Shown: in pieces, positions 42,089-46,400 of the stretch
Layout of the letters: each line of letters begins with the position of its first letter
Numbering within the stretch: the stretch's first letter is position 1
Assembly (NCBI GenBank): GCA_964448245.1
Contig: CAYUWF010000002.1
Span: 1 to 46,400, forward strand
Source: an uncultured Anaerolineaceae bacterium
GTDB taxonomy: Bacteria > Chloroflexota > Anaerolineae > Anaerolineales > E44-bin32
Reading direction: 5' to 3'
DNA: 46,400 nt
The notes under the pieces: model-generated
Databases searched by the model: none
What the model was told of the DNA's origin: nothing
What the model saw: the letters and a program-made list of their open reading frames with translations, nothing else
Translations under genes and position numbers: made by a program

Positions 42089-42250
42089 CGCTCGCATTCC
42101 ACAAAGGCTCTTGTCTGCCTGCACTGACCCGATATTGCCCCACAATCTCCCCTCAATTCCGCCGTAATTCCACCGGCCCTGTTCTTAACGCCGGCTGGGA
42201 TCAGCCGTACCATGCAATCAAGTCAATGCCCACGACGGCATCGTTGGTCT
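42089..42250 (+). promoter_or_regulatory. 11-bp-repeat promoter, copy 3
   Basis: ATTGCCCCACA/ATCTCCCCTCA/ATTCCGCCGTA/ATTCCACCGGC/CCTGTTCTTAA (42134-42188); TACCAT at 42208. Confidence 0.75.
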
Positions 42251-42265
42251 ACGGAAGAACCAAGC

Positions 42266-42853
42266 ATGATGCAGGAGGCTCCAATTTCGGCACAGCCTCT
42301 CGAGACGCGGCCAGGCCGGCGAAGGTGGCCATGGGTCGCAGGATTCGCCACTGTCTTGTCGGTTGTGATCTGCAGTGCCCTATCCCTATCGCTCTCGACA
42401 GTCTTGCCCAAACTTGCAGAGTCGCTAGACTTGGGCGAAACGCCGCAACTCCACGACGAAGACTACGCTATGGCGGGGCGCGCGCTGTCAGAGAGATGGG
42501 ACAGCGACGCCAGCATCCCCACCGCGAGCACATACTGGAGTTTTATCTATGTTTCTGGCCAAGAGACCCAAGTTTGGCTGGTCCTCGAGATTTCCTACAC
42601 AGGCACGTGCAACTCAACATCCAAGGACCCATGTGAGGCTCTCGTGGATGAGCTCGCACGCATCGTATTCGATAACTATGCGCATGTTGACGAGCTCGCA
42701 GGAATTGAAGTCGCTATCACGAATTACTCCCATTTCGGCCCCGTTGAGTTCTCGATCACTCCCCTTGACAAGGCTCTCACCATCGAGGAATGGCGGAGGG
42801 AGTTGTCGATCGATACCAACATACTTTGTCAGACCGGATATAAGGATTGTTAA
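42266..42853 (+). CDS. Single-TM anchored extracellular protein
   Basis: RRRWPW, TM helix, acidic domain with a Cys pair. Confidence 0.7.
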   Translation: MMQEAPISAQPLETRPGRRRWPWVAGFATVLSVVICSALSLSLSTVLPKLAESLDLGETPQLHDEDYAMAGRALSERWDSDASIPTASTYWSFIYVSGQETQVWLVLEISYTGTCNSTSKDPCEALVDELARIVFDNYAHVDELAGIEVAITNYSHFGPVEFSITPLDKALTIEEWRRELSIDTNILCQTGYKDC

Positions 42854-42898
42854 TACACTCTGTTCTCAGATTTCACACTTCATGTAGACGTTCCGGAG

Positions 42899-42941
42899 CT
42901 AGGCTTTGCTGGCCGCGCGGCTCAGCTCGAGGTCGTTAAGC
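42899..42941 (+). mobile_element. attC 3' half
   Basis: CTAGGCTTTGCTGGCCGCGCGGCTCAGCTCGAGGTC GTTAAGC matches the 3' arms ending at 22705 and 32000. Confidence 0.75.
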
Positions 42942-43000
42942 GGCTCCGGCCGCAGGCACGGGGCGTCGCACGCCCCACCCAGAAGAAAGGGCAGGCAAAC

Positions 43001-44068
43001 ATGGATCCCGCACTTTCTAGCCCCAAACCGCGAGGAATCTCATCCGGGCGCCCTCTTCTTTACGCTTGCCTGGGCTGCTTCGCCGCAGCCCTCCTGCTCT
43101 CCTGCGTTCTTTGCCTAGGCGGACTCATCTGGTTCATCTCGCTCCCTGAAGGCGGCGTCAGGCTCGGAAACGAGATGGAAAGGTATGCCCTCGATTACAT
43201 CGCAGAGCACAATCTCGTCGAGGCTGACGAAACCGTCCTCGCCTACTACGACGCTACCTTCTCGGGAGATGGAACAGAAGCGGCGATTCTTACTGATAAG
43301 CGCCTGATCTACCACCTCCAAGGCACCACCACGAGCATGCTCCTCCAGGATATCGTTGATGTTCAGCACCGCGAGGACCCCCTTCTCGGCGACATCATTG
43401 TGGCGATCGCAAGCTCCGGGCAAACAATGAGACTCGAAATCGCTCGCTGGAATGACGGAGCGACATTCCACAGCATCCTCCTCAATGCTTGGCACAACTT
43501 GGTTTCGCCTTCTGAAATTCCTGCGGAGGAAGGATCGGGGCTCGAAATGCCCACGATCTCCGGCCTCGGTGATTGGGAGTGGGACGGCGAATCGGATGGC
43601 TATGAATACTTCATCGCCAGCGCTGAGGATATTCACGAAGACATCAGGGATTGCGTTACGGATGACGTTCTGAACAGCGGGATGGACCTGCACACGGTGG
43701 AGGCCACCATCTCGACCCATGGTCATGGTTGGGAGACCCTGTTCACCTTCTGGATGGCCGATCTTGATCCGGGGGCATCCGGAGAGTGGGTGGTCGAGAT
43801 CCAAAACTCTCTCGGGTTCCTGATGCTTAACGATGCTTCCGAACTCGACACCGGTGGTCTCGAGCCGCCTCCAACCTTGCAATCCGTTTCAACGTTCAGC
43901 GAGCTCGGCTACGATCTGAAGGTCTTCGATCTGAAGATCCCGACCCTTCACACGAGCGCCGTCGCCGCCGCGGAAGGCCTGCGGCCATGGTTCACGGAGC
44001 TCACGCTGAGCGTTCGAGCGGAGACGCCCAGCGGCCCTGCATGTGATGAGTTCAGTCCCGCGGGCTAG
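43001..44068 (+). CDS. Membrane-anchored two-domain protein (PH-like domain plus shared C-terminal module)
   Basis: Cys-rich TM, YYDATFSGDGTEAAILTDKRLIY; C-terminus duplicated with the 30641 gene. Confidence 0.82.
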   Translation: MDPALSSPKPRGISSGRPLLYACLGCFAAALLLSCVLCLGGLIWFISLPEGGVRLGNEMERYALDYIAEHNLVEADETVLAYYDATFSGDGTEAAILTDKRLIYHLQGTTTSMLLQDIVDVQHREDPLLGDIIVAIASSGQTMRLEIARWNDGATFHSILLNAWHNLVSPSEIPAEEGSGLEMPTISGLGDWEWDGESDGYEYFIASAEDIHEDIRDCVTDDVLNSGMDLHTVEATISTHGHGWETLFTFWMADLDPGASGEWVVEIQNSLGFLMLNDASELDTGGLEPPPTLQSVSTFSELGYDLKVFDLKIPTLHTSAVAAAEGLRPWFTELTLSVRAETPSGPACDEFSPAG

Positions 44069-44083
44069 CCTCGCTTACCATGG

Positions 44084-44379
44084 GCCCAACTACTCGCTGG
44101 AGCCCCTTCGACTGCGCCCCTCGGGGCTCCGCTCAGGGCAGGAGCAACGATCCGGACCGCGGGCGAAAATGGCGACGAGGCTTGGCTGCGGGGTCGTCGT
44201 AGAGTGGGGAGGGGCTACCTGAGCTCGTCCCGGGGGACACGGAGGTGGGGTGAGACGCCGACGCACCCCCAACGAAGGTGGAAGCTGACCAAGGCGTGTG
44301 GTCGTAGGGGCTCAGTTTACCCTCGGCTTGCCCCCGGTTCTCGCGGGGGTATTGGCGAGTGTGCTCGAGGCCGTTAGGC
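44084..44379 (+). mobile_element. attC arms separated by inserted or mosaic sequence
   Basis: GCCCAAC TACTCGCTGGAGCC at the 5' end and GCTCGAGGCC GTTAGGC at the 3' end, 296 bp overall. Confidence 0.65.
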
Positions 44380-44401
44380 GGGCATACCACCACACTCTCA
44401 T

Positions 44402-45115
44402 ATGGCTTACTACGATAGCATCGCGAAACGCTGGCACGAAACGACTGGCTACAAAGGCGGTGCTTTCAAGGAACTGGTCTTGAACAACATTCTCTTGGGC
44501 AAGCTGTCGGGAATTGACAACCGCTCCATCTTGGAACTGGGTGCGGGTAATGGTTATTTCCTGCCTTTAGTGTTGCGTCGTTTCTCAGGCGAAGTGCCTT
44601 CGAGTATTACTGTGACCGACCTGTCCCCGAGGCTACTCGAAATTGCTCAACGGCGGTTTAGGTTGACTGATGCCGGGTATCAAGTCCTGGATGTTCGCAA
44701 ATCTTTACCCTTTGATGACGGCCAGTTTGATCTAGTCATTGCCTCCATGCTTTTCAATGAAGTGCCTTCGCGCGACTTCAGAAACGCGCTAAGCGAATGC
44801 TACCGGGTGTTATCGAGCGCTGGTCTATTGCTTATTGCGGTGACCCATCCTGACTTTGTCAATGGTTTGCGAAAAAGGGGATTGCTGAAAGCCACGCGCC
44901 AGGGGGTGCTAACGATGCCCGGCTCTGGCAGTCTCCGGCTTCCCGTGGTGATCAGATCGTTAGGCAGCTACAGGAGTGGCCTTCAAGCAGCCGGATTTCA
45001 GTATGAAGAGGAAGAAGGCTATCCGACTCCTGAAGTTCTAAACGTCAAGGCCGGTTTGCGGAACGCTTGGAAAGTACCAGTAGCCTTAGTTTATGCATGC
45101 AAGAGAGCCGGGTGA
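44402..45115 (+). CDS. Class I SAM-dependent methyltransferase cassette
   Basis: ILELGAGNG, TDLSPRLL, LPFDDGQFDLVI; clearly more AT-rich; flanked by attC sequences. Confidence 0.9.
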   Translation: MAYYDSIAKRWHETTGYKGGAFKELVLNNILLGKLSGIDNRSILELGAGNGYFLPLVLRRFSGEVPSSITVTDLSPRLLEIAQRRFRLTDAGYQVLDVRKSLPFDDGQFDLVIASMLFNEVPSRDFRNALSECYRVLSSAGLLLIAVTHPDFVNGLRKRGLLKATRQGVLTMPGSGSLRLPVVIRSLGSYRSGLQAAGFQYEEEEGYPTPEVLNVKAGLRNAWKVPVALVYACKRAG

Positions 45116-45120
45116 GGCCC

Positions 45121-45186
45121 GCCTAACACGCCAAACAGCCGACCCGCTTCGCGGTGCTCAGCAGGCGGCTGATGCTTTCGTTAGAT
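45121..45186 (+). mobile_element. attC site (66 bp)
   Basis: GCCTAAC...CAGCCGACCCGCT...AGCAGGCGGCTGATGCTTTC GTTAGAT. Confidence 0.85.
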
Positions 45187-45217
45187 GGCAACGAGCATGA
45201 AGCCTCTTAGGCCATGA

Positions 45218-45514
45218 ATGTGTACGAGCTTGAAATCGGTGCCTCCACAAGGGGACCTAAGGGGTATCTTTGAGGAGGCTACCGAGGCGATGGCCTTCGT
45301 CACCACGCAAGTTACAACGCTTGCCCAGTATCCAAGCTGCATTCACTGGCATTTCAAGCGCGGCGGGGGCCGAGGCAAATTGGAGGTGACCTATTGGCCA
45401 GATCGGAACAAGGCCTGCCTGGCTTGTCCATCCGGCCGTGAGGCAGATTGGATCGGTCCAGTGATTTACGAATTCCGGAGCCTCGTCAAGATGCGAGCGG
45501 TTGGCAATCGCTAG
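45218..45514 (+). CDS. Cassette hypothetical protein, 5' end possibly frameshifted from ATG 45214
   Basis: TLAQYPSCIHWHFKR...GKLEVTYWP...GREADWI; between two attC sites. Confidence 0.65.
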   Translation: MCTSLKSVPPQGDLRGIFEEATEAMAFVTTQVTTLAQYPSCIHWHFKRGGGRGKLEVTYWPDRNKACLACPSGREADWIGPVIYEFRSLVKMRAVGNR

Positions 45515-45530
45515 CCGCCCCATGCGTGCC

Positions 45531-45580
45531 AGCTGACAATTCGCTGGTGCGGACGCCGCATTAGCGCACAGCCGTTAGGC
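45531..45580 (+). mobile_element. Short degenerate attC
   Basis: AGCTGAC AATTCGCTGGTGCGGAC...GCGCACAGCC GTTAGGC. Confidence 0.6.
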
Positions 45581-45596
45581 CGCGCCACTCGGAACC

Positions 45597-46244
45597 GTGC
45601 CCAAACCTTTCCTTCCCCCGATCCCCCCTCCTCCCAAGGCCCAAGCTGCGCGCACCGGCTTCAGGCAATACTTGAAGCGCTGCGCCGCAACGATCGGCGC
45701 CTTCATCGCTGCCATCTGGCTTGTCGAGCTCACGAGCGCACTCTTCTTTCACGGCACACTCAAGAATCTCGGCATTCAGCCCCGTTCCATCGGTGGCCTC
45801 CTCGGCATCCCCCTTCACGCGTTGCTTCATCTCGACGCCGCTCATCTGTGGCACAACTCGCTCGGCATCCTGCTCCTCGGAGGTCTCGTCTTCCTCCGCC
45901 AGGAAACTCACTTCTGGGTGGTCACTTTCCTGGGCACCCTCGTTGGGGGAATCGGGGTCTGGCTTGTGGCCCGTCCAGGTGTTCATATCGGCGCCAGTGG
46001 GGTCATCTTCGCTTACTTCGCCTACCTCCTTTGCGCAGGTTGGTTTGAACGTCGCATCGGGGGCATCCTTCTTTCCGTTGTGGTGTTCGTTATCTGGGGC
46101 TCCCTGCTGTTTGGCCTCCTGCCTTTGCAGGGAGGGATCTCCTGGGAAGGACACATCTTTGGCCTTCTTGGCGGGGTGCTGGCAGCGCTACTGATTGCCC
46201 GGCACCGGAAGCGCAGACTGCGAACCGTTCCGAGGCATAGGTAA
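45597..46244 (+). CDS. Rhomboid intramembrane serine protease
   Basis: HLWHN, HIGASG (catalytic Ser), SWEGH (catalytic His). Confidence 0.9.
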   Translation: MPKPFLPPIPPPPKAQAARTGFRQYLKRCAATIGAFIAAIWLVELTSALFFHGTLKNLGIQPRSIGGLLGIPLHALLHLDAAHLWHNSLGILLLGGLVFLRQETHFWVVTFLGTLVGGIGVWLVARPGVHIGASGVIFAYFAYLLCAGWFERRIGGILLSVVVFVIWGSLLFGLLPLQGGISWEGHIFGLLGGVLAALLIARHRKRRLRTVPRHR

Positions 46245-46400
46245 CACATTGTCTAAGGACATGGGTAACATTTTCCTCACGGGAGGTGGGACCGATGGCC
46301 TTCAGAGGTGTTACCGTGAGCGAGCAGCGACAGAGGTTTTCTGGAAGACTACCAGCTGAACGGCTACCCCGTTTCCGAGCTGGCCGAGCGGTTCCAACAA
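46219..46400 (+). mobile_element. Left end of an IS481-like element with frameshifted transposase start
   Basis: Repeated CATRGGTAACA boxes (46236, 46260), GGAGG, ATG 46295 MAFRGVTVSEQRQRF, extra T, LEDYQLNGYPVSELAERF. Confidence 0.7.

Noticed and set aside
24589-42250. Repeated blocks as a CRISPR array
   Set aside because: No regular repeat-spacer period and no cas genes; the copies lie kilobases apart.
31325-44100. Duplicated module as a DGR template/variable repeat pair
   Set aside because: Mismatches are not adenine-specific, both copies are coding, and there is no reverse transcriptase in the window.

Overview
High-GC bacterial DNA whose gene content resembles Chloroflexota/Anaerolineae (inference). 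1-22 kb is core genome: comEC, roadblock, Cys-type fdhF, SPFH, dtd, trpS, an Rdx/SelW selenoprotein missed by the ORF track, ytxH, M6 peptidase, ridA, leuS, two tRNA-Ala, pepP, MFS and PAP2, with REP/MITE-rich spacers. From about 22.4 kb to the end is a visibly less GC-rich accessory region with all genes on +. It is punctuated by about ten intact, degenerate or half attC sites and has no integrase in the window, so it looks like a decaying integron cassette array (CALIN). Inside it are: a STAND-ATPase/OmpR-type winged-helix regulator whose 3' tail plus a phased 11-bp-repeat promoter occurs three times, each before a different envelope-protein gene; a STAND-STAND-SBP/vWA-XpaC-SBP-TelA-TPR module between two half-attC sites; domain-shuffled envelope proteins; and pyruvate kinase. 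The window ends in a frameshifted IS481-like transposase start. All calls are by eye; no searches were run.
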